A stretch of 64,000 bases of DNA, from positions 3,886 through 67,885 of the forward strand of contig CAKPNI010000001.1 of assembly GCA_934168355.1 (NCBI GenBank). The letters run 5' to 3'. The number at the start of each line of letters is the position of its first letter. The first letter of the stretch is position 1. Below, piece after piece: positions 29,800 to 39,724 of the stretch. The stretch is from an uncultured Clostridia bacterium. Its GTDB lineage: Bacteria > Bacillota > Clostridia > TANB77 > CAG-508. A program made the position numbers and the translations under genes. The notes under the pieces are model-generated. The model did no database searches. It was given only the letters and a program-made list of their open reading frames with translations, and was not told the origin of the DNA.

Positions 29800-30903
29800 A
29801 TGAAATATGATTATTTAATTGTTGGTTCAGGCCTATTTGGTTCAGTATTTGCATATGAAGCAAATAAAAAAGGAAAAAAATGTTTAGTAATAGATAAACG
29901 TTCACACATAGCTGGAAATATATACACAGAAAGTATAGAAGACATAAATGTTCATAAATATGGAGCACATATATTTCACACAAATAGTAAAGAAATTTGG
30001 AATTATATAAACCAATTTGCTGAGTTTAATAGATACACGAATTCTCCAATCGCAAGATATAAGGAAGAATTATACAATCTGCCATTTAATATGAATACAT
30101 TTAGCAAATTATGGAATGTGTATACACCTAAAGAGGCAATGAATAGAATTGAAAAAGAGAAAGAAGAAGCAGGAATAATAGAGCCTAAAAATTTAGAAGA
30201 ACAAGCTATAAGTTTAGTAGGAAGAACAATTTATGAAAAACTAGTAAAAGGATATACAGAAAAGCAATGGGGACAAAAGGCAACTGAATTACCAAGCTTT
30301 ATAATAAAAAGATTACCTGTACGATTTACATATGACAATAATTATTTTAATGATAAATATCAAGGAATTCCTATTGGAGGATATACTCAAATAGTTAATA
30401 CAATGTTAAAAGGAATAGATGTAAGATTAAATTGCGATTTTTTTGAGAATAGAGAAGAATTAGAAAAGATAGCTAATAAAATAATATTTACAGGACCAAT
30501 AGACAAATTTTACGATTATAAGTTTGGAGAACTTGAATACAGAAGCTTAAGGTTTGAAACAAAAGTTTTAAATGAATCAAATTATCAAGGAAATGCTGTG
30601 GTAAATTATACAGAATATGAAGTTCCATATACAAGAATAATAGAACATAAACATTTTGAATATGGAACACAATCTAAAACTGTAATTACAAAAGAATATC
30701 CAGATAAGTGGACAAAAGAAAAAGAACCATATTATCCAGTAAATAATGAAAAAAATAATTCTTTATACGGAAAATATAAAGAGTATTCAAATAAAGATAA
30801 AAATATTGTATTTGGCGGAAGACTAGGACAATATAAATATTACGATATGGATAAAGTTATAGAGCAAGCACTTGAATGTGTAAAAGGAGAATTAAATGGC
30901 TAA
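29800..30903 (+). CDS. glf: UDP-galactopyranose mutase
   Basis: N-terminal FAD motif YDYLIVGSGLFGSVFA and conserved Glf core. Confidence 0.9.
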   Translation: MKYDYLIVGSGLFGSVFAYEANKKGKKCLVIDKRSHIAGNIYTESIEDINVHKYGAHIFHTNSKEIWNYINQFAEFNRYTNSPIARYKEELYNLPFNMNTFSKLWNVYTPKEAMNRIEKEKEEAGIIEPKNLEEQAISLVGRTIYEKLVKGYTEKQWGQKATELPSFIIKRLPVRFTYDNNYFNDKYQGIPIGGYTQIVNTMLKGIDVRLNCDFFENREELEKIANKIIFTGPIDKFYDYKFGELEYRSLRFETKVLNESNYQGNAVVNYTEYEVPYTRIIEHKHFEYGTQSKTVITKEYPDKWTKEKEPYYPVNNEKNNSLYGKYKEYSNKDKNIVFGGRLGQYKYYDMDKVIEQALECVKGELNG

Positions 30904-32353
30904 GAAAAGCATAGCAAAAAACTATATATATAATTTAGCGTATCAGATATTAATAATATTATTACCAATAATAACAACTCCATATTTATCAAGAGTATTA
31001 GGTGCTGAAAATATAGGAATATATAGTTATACACTATCAATTGTAACGTATTTTATACTATTTGGATCTTTAGGCATATCAATGTATGCACAAAGAGAAA
31101 TAGCATATGTTCAAGAGAATAAGCAAAAAAGAAGTAAAATATTTTTGGAAGTGTTAATATTAAGGTTTATTACATTATCGATTTCTATGATAATATATTA
31201 TTTTGTATATGTAAATGGAACGCAATATCAGATGTATTACAGAATACTATTAATCGAAATTATAGCAACAGGTTTGGATATATCGTGGTATTTTCAAGGA
31301 ATGGAAGATTTCAGAAAAACAGTATTTAGAAATACATTGGTGAAACTTGTAAGTATCGCTTTGATTTTTTTATTAGTTAAAAAACAAGAAGATTTAGCAA
31401 AATATTTTATAATTTATGTTATATCTAATTTTATAGGAAATTTATCCTTGTGGTTATATATACCTAGATCTTTAGACAGAATAAGAGTTAAAGAACTACA
31501 GCCATTAAAACATTTTAAGGCAACAATTGGTTTATTTATACCACAAATAGCCATACAGATATATACATTACTAGATAAAGTTATGATTGGAGTAATAATT
31601 AATGATAAATCTGAAGTGGGCTATTATGACCAAGCACAAAAAATTATAAAAATATTATTAACAATTGTAACATCCTTAGGAACGGTAATGATACCAAGAA
31701 TGGCAAACACATTTGCAAATGGGGATATGAAACAAATAAAAGAATATATGAAGAAATCTTTTAGATTTGTATATATTATTTCAATACCAATGATATTTGG
31801 AATTATTGCAGTTTCAGATAAATTTGTACCTGTATTTTTTGGGGATGGATATGAAAAAGTTTCGATCATTATGAAAGTTATAAGCCCAATATTATTAATA
31901 ATAGGGTTAAGCAATGTAATAGGTTCGCAATATTTATTACCAACCAAAAGACAAAAAGAATTTACAATATCAGTTACGTGTGGTGCAATTACTAACTTTA
32001 TAGTCAATTCTATAGTTATAAGGAAGCTGGGAGCAGTTGGGGCTTCTGTAGGTACCGTAATAGCGGAAAGCATTGTTACAGCAATACAGATTTATTTTGT
32101 AAGAAAAGACATAAATTTAAAAGAATGTATAAATATATCAAAAAAATATATTATAGTTGGATTGACTATGTTTATAGTAGTTACATTTATAGGAATATTT
32201 ATAAAAAATAATTTTGTTTCTATAGTTGTACAAGGATTGGTTGGTACATGTATATATATAATTGGTTTATACATTACAAAAGATGAATTTTTTATAAATT
32301 TATTACAAAATGTAAAAAATAAAATAAAAAATAAAAATGTTACAGAAATTTAA
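30896..32353 (+). CDS. wzx: Oligosaccharide flippase (Wzx, MOP superfamily)
   Basis: 485 aa, 12-14 TM helices, polysaccharide biosynthesis protein family. Confidence 0.8.
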   Translation: MAKKSIAKNYIYNLAYQILIILLPIITTPYLSRVLGAENIGIYSYTLSIVTYFILFGSLGISMYAQREIAYVQENKQKRSKIFLEVLILRFITLSISMIIYYFVYVNGTQYQMYYRILLIEIIATGLDISWYFQGMEDFRKTVFRNTLVKLVSIALIFLLVKKQEDLAKYFIIYVISNFIGNLSLWLYIPRSLDRIRVKELQPLKHFKATIGLFIPQIAIQIYTLLDKVMIGVIINDKSEVGYYDQAQKIIKILLTIVTSLGTVMIPRMANTFANGDMKQIKEYMKKSFRFVYIISIPMIFGIIAVSDKFVPVFFGDGYEKVSIIMKVISPILLIIGLSNVIGSQYLLPTKRQKEFTISVTCGAITNFIVNSIVIRKLGAVGASVGTVIAESIVTAIQIYFVRKDINLKECINISKKYIIVGLTMFIVVTFIGIFIKNNFVSIVVQGLVGTCIYIIGLYITKDEFFINLLQNVKNKIKNKNVTEI

Positions 32354-32373
32354 CTTTTCTGTAACATTTTTGA
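32336..32373 (+). terminator. Rho-independent terminator after wzx
   Basis: AAATGTTACAGAAA-loop-TTCTGTAACATTT followed by TTTG. Confidence 0.6.
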
Positions 32374-32438
32374 TATAGACATTTACAAAAAGAAAAGGTT
32401 GTAATATACTATAAGCATAAAATATAAGAGAGGAAAAT

Positions 32439-35400
32439 ATGAATAAAAAAGTCGAAAGATATGAGAAAAAGGCAAAAAAATTAATAAATACAATAAAACT
32501 GATTGGTATTTGCACTTTTGTGCTTGGGATAGTTATATCAATTTCGCAGTATATAGTAAACAATTTGGATAGCAAATTTGAAAAAAACGAAGGAAGCGAA
32601 ACAATTAAACAAGAAGAATTTAATGAATCAGGAACAGGAACGACGTATTATATTTCTAGAGATGGAACCTCGAGTGATGGAACTAATATTAATGATCCAA
32701 TGTCTTTAAGTGAAGCAAATAAAAAAAATTTTGAAGGTAATGATAGAGTGCTATTTAAGAGCGGAGATATATTTTATGGAATAATAAGTTTTTCTGTGAA
32801 TAAAAGTGACAACTCATTATTTTATATTGGAAGCTATGGTGATGGTGAAAAACCTATTATAAGTGGGGCTAATATATTAAAAAATAGAGATTGTTGGGAA
32901 TATAAAGATGGATTATACCAAATAGACTTATCGAAGAATGGAAATTTTTATGGTATAGGAAATTTTGGGAATATAACATATAATATTGGTTTTTTAGAGA
33001 GTGAAAATGGAACGATATATGGCGCTAGAAAAAAAAGCAAAGACTTATTAATAGATGAGTATGACTTTTATTGTGAAGATAGTAAATTGTATATAAAATG
33101 TAATCAGAATCCAACAGATAAATTGGGACAAATTAAATTGGCTAGTAGAATAGATTTGGTTAGATTATCATCTAATACTTTAATAGAAAATATAGATGTT
33201 CAATGTACGGGTGCACACGGAATTGTAAAAAAGAATAGTGAGGTGATTTCTAATGTCATTGTTAGAAACTGTATAATACAAAATATAGGCGGAAGTGTAC
33301 AAATAGCAAGTTCTTTTACAAGATATGGAAATGGATTAGAGTTTTGGGATAATGCAGAAAATACTCTTGTAGAAAAATGTATTTTTAAAAATATATATGA
33401 TGCGGGATATACTATGCAGGGAAATGGAAATAATAGTGGATTTGAAAATAATGTGTGTAGAGATAATATCTTTATAAACTGTACATATACATACGAAACA
33501 TTCTGTAGAGATCAACAGTATACTTACAAGGGGATTTTTTTAAGGTTTCAAAAATTCTTAAATAATCTTTCGATAAACCAAGGAAGAGGATGGGGATATG
33601 ACGTAAGAGTTGATAAAGAAAAATCGGGTGAAATGGTGTTATGGGCAATTCCTGTTAACGATACGGACATAGAAATAAGTAATAATATATTTTATAACTC
33701 AAGAAGGATAAAATACAAGACTACATATACAAAAATCACAGATAGTGAGTATAAAAAATGTATATTATCCGATAATAATAAGTTATATTTGAGCAATGAT
33801 ACAAAATTACTAAATGATGACGGAGATTATTACAATAGAGAATGCTTTAACAAATTGAAATTTGAAGTAAATTCGGATTGGAATATTTTGAATGAAGCAG
33901 AAATGGATAATATTGAAAACAAAAATGTTTTTAAATCAAATAACTATGAATTTATAAAAAAATACTATGAACTATTCGAAGATGCAGAATATAATAAAAA
34001 GATAGAATTAGGAGATACAACCGCAAATATATATACAAAAAATGAACAAAAAATAGCATTAGTATATAACAATTCTAAAAAAAGTTACATACCTTACACA
34101 AATTACAAAGCAACTGACATATATGGCAACGAAATAGAAAACAATGGAACATTAGAAATATCTCAGGAGCCAATATTAATATATAATTTAAAAGAGGACG
34201 AATTATATAATAATATTTACAAAAATATAGAAGAAAAAAGTGACTATTTTATTGAAAAATATAAAACAAAATTGGATTCTAAAAATTTAGAGGAAATTAG
34301 AAAAAAGACAGAACAAATAAAAGAAGAATCAAAGAAAATACTAGAACTAAAAGAACCTGTAACAAATCAATATACTATTAATTTAATAGAAAAAATTTAT
34401 CAAAATGGCGAAAGTATAACAAATGTATATAAAGAAAACAATAATTTGATAAATAATGAAGAAGTTGTACAAATGCTTTCTGATATATTAGATATTAGTG
34501 TTCAAGCTGAGAAGTTATTAAGTACATCTAAAGGCGAAGTAATTAATTATAATAAAAAAACAGATATTGAAAAAAATATAAAAGAATTTGAGAAGATAGG
34601 ACAATTTTATAATGAAACCGAAGCAAGTTCAATTTATAAATTAGAAAATGAAGGAAAGGAATATTATAAAAAAATTACACCAGATGTTTCTAATGAAAAT
34701 GATTTTAATAATATAAAAGCATATTATGAAACATTATGGGCATATCAATTAATGAAACAATATGATATCGAATACATCAAAAACAACCCAGTAACAATCG
34801 ACTACTCAGAAACAAACCCAACAAACCAAAACGTAACAGCAACACTAAGAACAAATGCACAAATAACAATAAACAACAACTCAAACAGCAAAGCCTACAC
34901 CTTCACACAAAACGGAACCTTCACCTTCGACTACACAATAAAAGGACAAACATTCCAACAAACAGCAACAGTAAACAACATAGACAAAACAGCACCAACA
35001 ATAGAAGGAGTAGAAAACAATAGACTATACTTATCAGAAGTAACACCAAAGGCAAGTGATACAAATCTAAAAGAAGTACTATTATACAAAGACAACAATC
35101 AAGTGCAAAACTATCAACAAAATACCAAAATCACAGAAGATGGGCATTACAAACTAGTTGCCAAAGATTCAGCAGAAAATCAAACATCAGTAGAATTTGA
35201 CATCTCAAGAAATCCTGCAATAATAGATTACTCGGAAGTAAATCTAACAAATCAAGATGTAGTAGCAACAGTAAATTCAAATTTTGATGTAAACGTAAAA
35301 AATAATTCAAATCAAAAATCGTATACATTTAAGGAAAATGGAGAATTTACATTTGAATTAAACATAAAAGGTGCGGAATTACAGCTAACAGCAAAGGTTG

Positions 35401-36032
35401 ACAATATAGATAAAACACCTCCAACTATTACAGATGTGGAAGATGGAAAACAATATATAGAAAAAGTAACACCTAAAATATCTGATGATAACCTAAATGA
35501 GGTTAAACTATATTTCGATTCAGAAGAAGTACAAGGATATACACTAAATTCAGAAATAACAGGAGAAGGATTCTACAAATTAGTTGCGAAAGACTTAGCT
35601 GGAAACGAAACATCAGTTGAATTTACAATAATTGAAAATCCAGATGAGAAATATCAAATAAAAGATGGAAATATATTAAATATTAAAAACAATACTAATC
35701 AAGATACCTTCAGAAAGAAATTAAAAATGTCTGGAGAATATAGTATTTACAGAAATAATACTTTAATTTCAGATAATGATAAAATTGCAACAGGAGATAA
35801 ATTAAGAAAATCTACTGGTGAGGAGTATACATTAATTGTTAGTGGTGACATTAATAATGATGGTGATGTAAATATTAAAGATATAGTTATGCTTAGAAAG
35901 TATTTACTTGAAAGAAATAACTTAGATGAAAATAGCTTACTTGCTGCCGATTGTAATTTAGATGGTAAAGATATTAGTATTAAGGATTTAATTAGAATGA
36001 GGCTTATAGCCTTAGAAAGAGATGTAAACTAG
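32439..36032 (+). CDS. Large surface protein: N-terminal signal anchor, right-handed beta-helix (pectate-lyase-like) domain, two tandem about 140-aa Ig-like repeats, C-terminal type-I dockerin
   Basis: PbH1-like repeats (NCIIQNIGGS). Tandem repeats at about 34785-35210 and 35211-35640. Dockerin duplicated Ca-binding segments DINNDGDVNIKD and DCNLDGKDISIKD. Confidence 0.75.
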   Translation: MNKKVERYEKKAKKLINTIKLIGICTFVLGIVISISQYIVNNLDSKFEKNEGSETIKQEEFNESGTGTTYYISRDGTSSDGTNINDPMSLSEANKKNFEGNDRVLFKSGDIFYGIISFSVNKSDNSLFYIGSYGDGEKPIISGANILKNRDCWEYKDGLYQIDLSKNGNFYGIGNFGNITYNIGFLESENGTIYGARKKSKDLLIDEYDFYCEDSKLYIKCNQNPTDKLGQIKLASRIDLVRLSSNTLIENIDVQCTGAHGIVKKNSEVISNVIVRNCIIQNIGGSVQIASSFTRYGNGLEFWDNAENTLVEKCIFKNIYDAGYTMQGNGNNSGFENNVCRDNIFINCTYTYETFCRDQQYTYKGIFLRFQKFLNNLSINQGRGWGYDVRVDKEKSGEMVLWAIPVNDTDIEISNNIFYNSRRIKYKTTYTKITDSEYKKCILSDNNKLYLSNDTKLLNDDGDYYNRECFNKLKFEVNSDWNILNEAEMDNIENKNVFKSNNYEFIKKYYELFEDAEYNKKIELGDTTANIYTKNEQKIALVYNNSKKSYIPYTNYKATDIYGNEIENNGTLEISQEPILIYNLKEDELYNNIYKNIEEKSDYFIEKYKTKLDSKNLEEIRKKTEQIKEESKKILELKEPVTNQYTINLIEKIYQNGESITNVYKENNNLINNEEVVQMLSDILDISVQAEKLLSTSKGEVINYNKKTDIEKNIKEFEKIGQFYNETEASSIYKLENEGKEYYKKITPDVSNENDFNNIKAYYETLWAYQLMKQYDIEYIKNNPVTIDYSETNPTNQNVTATLRTNAQITINNNSNSKAYTFTQNGTFTFDYTIKGQTFQQTATVNNIDKTAPTIEGVENNRLYLSEVTPKASDTNLKEVLLYKDNNQVQNYQQNTKITEDGHYKLVAKDSAENQTSVEFDISRNPAIIDYSEVNLTNQDVVATVNSNFDVNVKNNSNQKSYTFKENGEFTFELNIKGAELQLTAKVDNIDKTPPTITDVEDGKQYIEKVTPKISDDNLNEVKLYFDSEEVQGYTLNSEITGEGFYKLVAKDLAGNETSVEFTIIENPDEKYQIKDGNILNIKNNTNQDTFRKKLKMSGEYSIYRNNTLISDNDKIATGDKLRKSTGEEYTLIVSGDINNDGDVNIKDIVMLRKYLLERNNLDENSLLAADCNLDGKDISIKDLIRMRLIALERDVN

Positions 36033-36053
36033 AAGAGTTTGCATCTTTTCATA

Positions 36054-36084
36054 GCAGAGTAGATTTAAGCTCTGCTTTTATATT
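36054..36084 (+). terminator. Rho-independent terminator
   Basis: AGCAGAG-loop-CTCTGCT followed by TTTATATT. Confidence 0.55.
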
Positions 36085-36349
36085 ATCTAAAATAATATAA
36101 ATAGTAAATATCAAATAATCATTAAATTAAAAATAAATTATTAATATTATAAAAAATGAATATAATGATATTATAAGTTTTTATAAATATGATATAGGTG
36201 CGTATAAAATAATTTGTTAAATATTTTTTATAGCATAAAGTACGATACAAAAAAGCCAAATAAATAAAAAGTTTTTGTAGCACAATACAAAAACTTTACT
36301 TTTGCACTGAAATGATGTATAATTTAAATAGAAAAAGGAGGTACTTTTT

Positions 36350-37555
36350 ATGATAAGTAGAGATGAATACTTAAATGTATTAAAGAGATTTAAAGATAAA
36401 GCATTGATAAAAGTTATAACAGGAATAAGAAGATGTGGGAAATCTACTATACTTGAAATGTTTCAAGATTATTTAAAAGAAAATGGAGTAGAAGAAGGTC
36501 AAATAATAAGTATCAATTTAGAAGATTTAGAGTATAACTTTATAACAGATTATATGACTTTATATAAATATATCAATGATAAATTAAAAGAAAAGAAAAA
36601 ATATTATATATTTATAGATGAAGTTCAAAAAATAAATGAATTCCAAAAAGCAGTGGACAGCTTATATATAAAGAAAAATGTTGATTTGTATATAACAGGC
36701 TCAAATGCGAATCTATTATCAAGTGAACTTGCAACACTTTTATCTGGAAGATATATAGAAGTTAAAATGTTACCATTATCTTTTAAAGAATATAAAGAAG
36801 CCTATAAAGATTTAAATAATGAAGATCTATATCAAAAATATATTTCATTAGGTTCTCTTCCATATATTACATCACTAGATACTGAAGATGATGTGAGTAT
36901 GTATTTAAGTAGTGTATATAATGATATAATAATAAAAGATGTTATGACAAGAAAGAAAATACAAGATGAAACTATGCTCAGAAATGTTGCCAATTTTGCT
37001 ATGGATAATATAGGAAGTCTTGTATCTACAAATAATATAGCAAATACTATGATAAGTGATGGTAAAGATATAAATGTAAGAACAGTTGAAAGATATCTAG
37101 AAGGATTCACAGAAAGTTTCTTTTTATATAAAGCTTCAAGATATGATATAAAAGGAAAAGAATATTTAAAGACTCAAGGAAAATATTATGTTTCTGATTT
37201 AGGCTTTAGGTACTTTATGCTAGGAAGAAAAATAGGAGATTTTGGTCATATATTAGAAAATGTGGTTTATTTTGAACTTTTAAGAAGAGGTTATGATGTA
37301 TATATAGGAAAAATAGATGAATATGAAGTGGACTTTGTAGCAATAAATAATGAAGGAAGATTATATGTCCAAGTTACTGATACTTTAAAAGGAATTGATG
37401 AGAATGACACAAAAATATTAGATAGAGAATTACGATCTTTAAGGAAAATAAATGATAATTATGAAAAAATAATATTAACTTCAGATAAAATACCTGTTTC
37501 TAATGAAGATGGAATAAAAATAAAAAATGTTTTAGAATGGTTGCTTGATAAATAA
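36350..37555 (+). CDS. AAA-family ATPase with DUF4143
   Basis: Walker A GIRRCGKST and DUF4143-type C-terminal region. Confidence 0.7.
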   Translation: MISRDEYLNVLKRFKDKALIKVITGIRRCGKSTILEMFQDYLKENGVEEGQIISINLEDLEYNFITDYMTLYKYINDKLKEKKKYYIFIDEVQKINEFQKAVDSLYIKKNVDLYITGSNANLLSSELATLLSGRYIEVKMLPLSFKEYKEAYKDLNNEDLYQKYISLGSLPYITSLDTEDDVSMYLSSVYNDIIIKDVMTRKKIQDETMLRNVANFAMDNIGSLVSTNNIANTMISDGKDINVRTVERYLEGFTESFFLYKASRYDIKGKEYLKTQGKYYVSDLGFRYFMLGRKIGDFGHILENVVYFELLRRGYDVYIGKIDEYEVDFVAINNEGRLYVQVTDTLKGIDENDTKILDRELRSLRKINDNYEKIILTSDKIPVSNEDGIKIKNVLEWLLDK

Positions 37556-37708
37556 GAATATAAAGCAAGAAAATAGTAGAAATAAAAAAATGTAATAAAG
37601 TTGTAACAAAACTGTAACAAAAAAGAAAAATAAATAATCTTGTCATAACCCTCAAACAATGTTAAAATAAAAACAGGTATATAAAAAGAGAGGGAGGAAA
37701 ACAAAAGA

Positions 37709-38488
37709 ATGAAAAAAATAGTAACAAGTTTTATTATATTAATAATAGCAATACTTATGTACCAAACAGTATATGCCGCAGAAAATAGTACAGGAGCAAG
37801 TGTAGTATTTAACTTTTCTGGAGATAGCAAAGTAACACAAGGAACCAAAACAGTAACATATACAATATCATTAGGAAACTTTGTAGGAATTCCAGAAAAT
37901 GCAATGATGGGATATGAAGCAGTTCTTGAGTATGATAGTAATGTGTTTAATTCAGCTACAATAGAAGGATTAAATGATTGGACAGCACAATACACAGAAT
38001 CAACAAAAAGATTGATAGGAGAAACAAGAACAAAAGGAGAATCAAATAAGGAAATTGCAAAAATAACATTAACTTTAAAAGATGATGCTCCAGTAGGAAA
38101 CACAACAGTAAAATTAAATAATGTTTTACTAACTGCAAATGGCAACCAAGAATTCTCGTACACAAAAGAAGCAACATTGCAAATAGAAGCAAAAGCTGAA
38201 GAACCAAAAAATGATGACAAAAATAATACTACAGAAAACACAAACACAACCCAAACTGCTACACAAAATGAAAGTAAAAATCAAACAAATAGCAATATAC
38301 AAAATCCAGTACCAAACAATACTTCAAATGAATATAAAAGCATTAAAAAAAATGGTACAAGCAATAATTCAAAAGCAGCATCAGTTTTACCTAAGACAGG
38401 AACAGGAAGAATTGCACTAGCTGTATTTATGATTTTAATTATAGGAATTGGTTGTTTAATAAGATACAAATCAATTCAAACAAAATAA
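37709..38488 (+). CDS. Cell-wall-anchored (LPKTG) protein with cohesin-like N-terminal domain and Asn/Thr-rich linker
   Basis: Signal peptide (cleavage after VYA). Cohesin-like beta-sandwich sequence features. C-terminal LPKTGTG plus TM plus basic tail. Confidence 0.6.
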   Translation: MKKIVTSFIILIIAILMYQTVYAAENSTGASVVFNFSGDSKVTQGTKTVTYTISLGNFVGIPENAMMGYEAVLEYDSNVFNSATIEGLNDWTAQYTESTKRLIGETRTKGESNKEIAKITLTLKDDAPVGNTTVKLNNVLLTANGNQEFSYTKEATLQIEAKAEEPKNDDKNNTTENTNTTQTATQNESKNQTNSNIQNPVPNNTSNEYKSIKKNGTSNNSKAASVLPKTGTGRIALAVFMILIIGIGCLIRYKSIQTK

Positions 38489-38512
38489 TAAAAAAAGCAT
38501 AAAAAATATCGA

Positions 38513-38540
38513 AAAAACTATTGCCTAAAAAGAGCAAAAA
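38513..38540 (+). promoter_or_regulatory. Putative sigmaA promoter (TTGCCT, 16 nt, TATAAT)
   Basis: Hexamers upstream of the 38581 ORF. Confidence 0.4.
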
Positions 38541-38580
38541 TGATATAATGAATGCATAATAAAAAAGGGAGGATTTAATT

Positions 38581-39099
38581 ATGAAAAAACTATTAACAAT
38601 TTCAATTTTAGCAATTGCTTTAGTATTAATGGCCGTAACAGGAGTTAATGCAACAACAAACGACAATTTAGCTGAAACACTATACAATATAGGAGCTAAA
38701 TATGGTATGACAAAAGCTGATAAAGTAAAAATTGAAAGATACTTAGCTGATTATCCAGTTACAGAATCAGAAGCTAATGCAATAGTTGCAAAAGCTAATG
38801 AAGCTGCAAAAGTAATGGATAATGCTGGAGTAACAGACTTCAATAAATTATCAAAAGAACAAAAAGCTGAAATAAAATCAATTGCTAATCAAGCTGCAAG
38901 TATTGTTGGTGTTACTTTAACATACAAATCTGGTTCTGTTGAAATATACAAAAACGGAAAATTAATTGAAACAGTTACTAATAACAATGGAAAACTTGCT
39001 TACACAGGAAATAATAATATGGTTTTAGTTGTTTCTTCAATAGCAGTTATAGCCCTAGCTTCAGTAGCAGTTGCTAGAAAGAAATTAGCTAATGCATAA
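38581..39099 (+). CDS. Secreted protein with non-canonical LAYTG sorting signal
   Basis: Signal peptide. C-terminal LAYTG, then hydrophobic segment, then RKK. Overlaps start of the adjacent sortase gene. Confidence 0.6.
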   Translation: MKKLLTISILAIALVLMAVTGVNATTNDNLAETLYNIGAKYGMTKADKVKIERYLADYPVTESEANAIVAKANEAAKVMDNAGVTDFNKLSKEQKAEIKSIANQAASIVGVTLTYKSGSVEIYKNGKLIETVTNNNGKLAYTGNNNMVLVVSSIAVIALASVAVARKKLANA

Positions 39100-39712
39100 T
39101 TTAGCAAGAAATGCAATAAAAGCAACTATTATAGAATTAATAGTTGCTTTATTTATTACTGCACTTTTGATAGGTATAGGATATATTCTATTTGGGGCTA
39201 AAATAGAAGAAAATATGTCATTAATAAGCAAAGTATCAATTGGAGTCAGTAACGGAAATGAAGTTGTTGAAACAGTGGTAGATGATAATGATAAATTAAA
39301 AAATTATCCAGAATATGGAACAAAATACGCAAATATAAAAATACCAAAAATAGATGTAGATCTTCCTGTATATTACGGTGATAGTTTAGATGTTCTAAAA
39401 AAAGGAGTAGGACATTCAAGTGGAAGCTATTTTCCAGGAGAAGGTGGCTCAATAATATATATGGGGCATAACTCAAAAAAAATGTTTAGAAGATTTTCAG
39501 AATTACAAAAAGGGAATGAGATAGAGGTTACCACTAATTATGGAGATTTTAAATACAAAATATATGATATGCAATTAATAAAAGAAACTGATGTGGATAA
39601 ACTTCCAATTCAAAAAGACAAAGAAATTTTAATGGTATATACGTGTTATCCATTTAACAATATAGGATATGCAACACAAAGATATGTAGTATATGCGGAA
39701 TTAGAAAATTAG
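39092..39712 (+). CDS. Sortase (transpeptidase)
   Basis: N-terminal TM, catalytic His (YMGHNS), TLxTC-like MVYTCYP, conserved Arg (QRYVVYAEL). Confidence 0.75.
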   Translation: MHNLARNAIKATIIELIVALFITALLIGIGYILFGAKIEENMSLISKVSIGVSNGNEVVETVVDDNDKLKNYPEYGTKYANIKIPKIDVDLPVYYGDSLDVLKKGVGHSSGSYFPGEGGSIIYMGHNSKKMFRRFSELQKGNEIEVTTNYGDFKYKIYDMQLIKETDVDKLPIQKDKEILMVYTCYPFNNIGYATQRYVVYAELEN

Positions 39713-39724
39713 GAGGAAAGAATA

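Noticed and set aside
38211-38420. 69-aa ORF inside the cohesin-like LPXTG gene, and the minus-strand ORFs 37459-38247 and 37956-38207
   Set aside because: Alternative-frame translations of the Asn/Thr-rich linker region. The primary frame has signal peptide and LPXTG.
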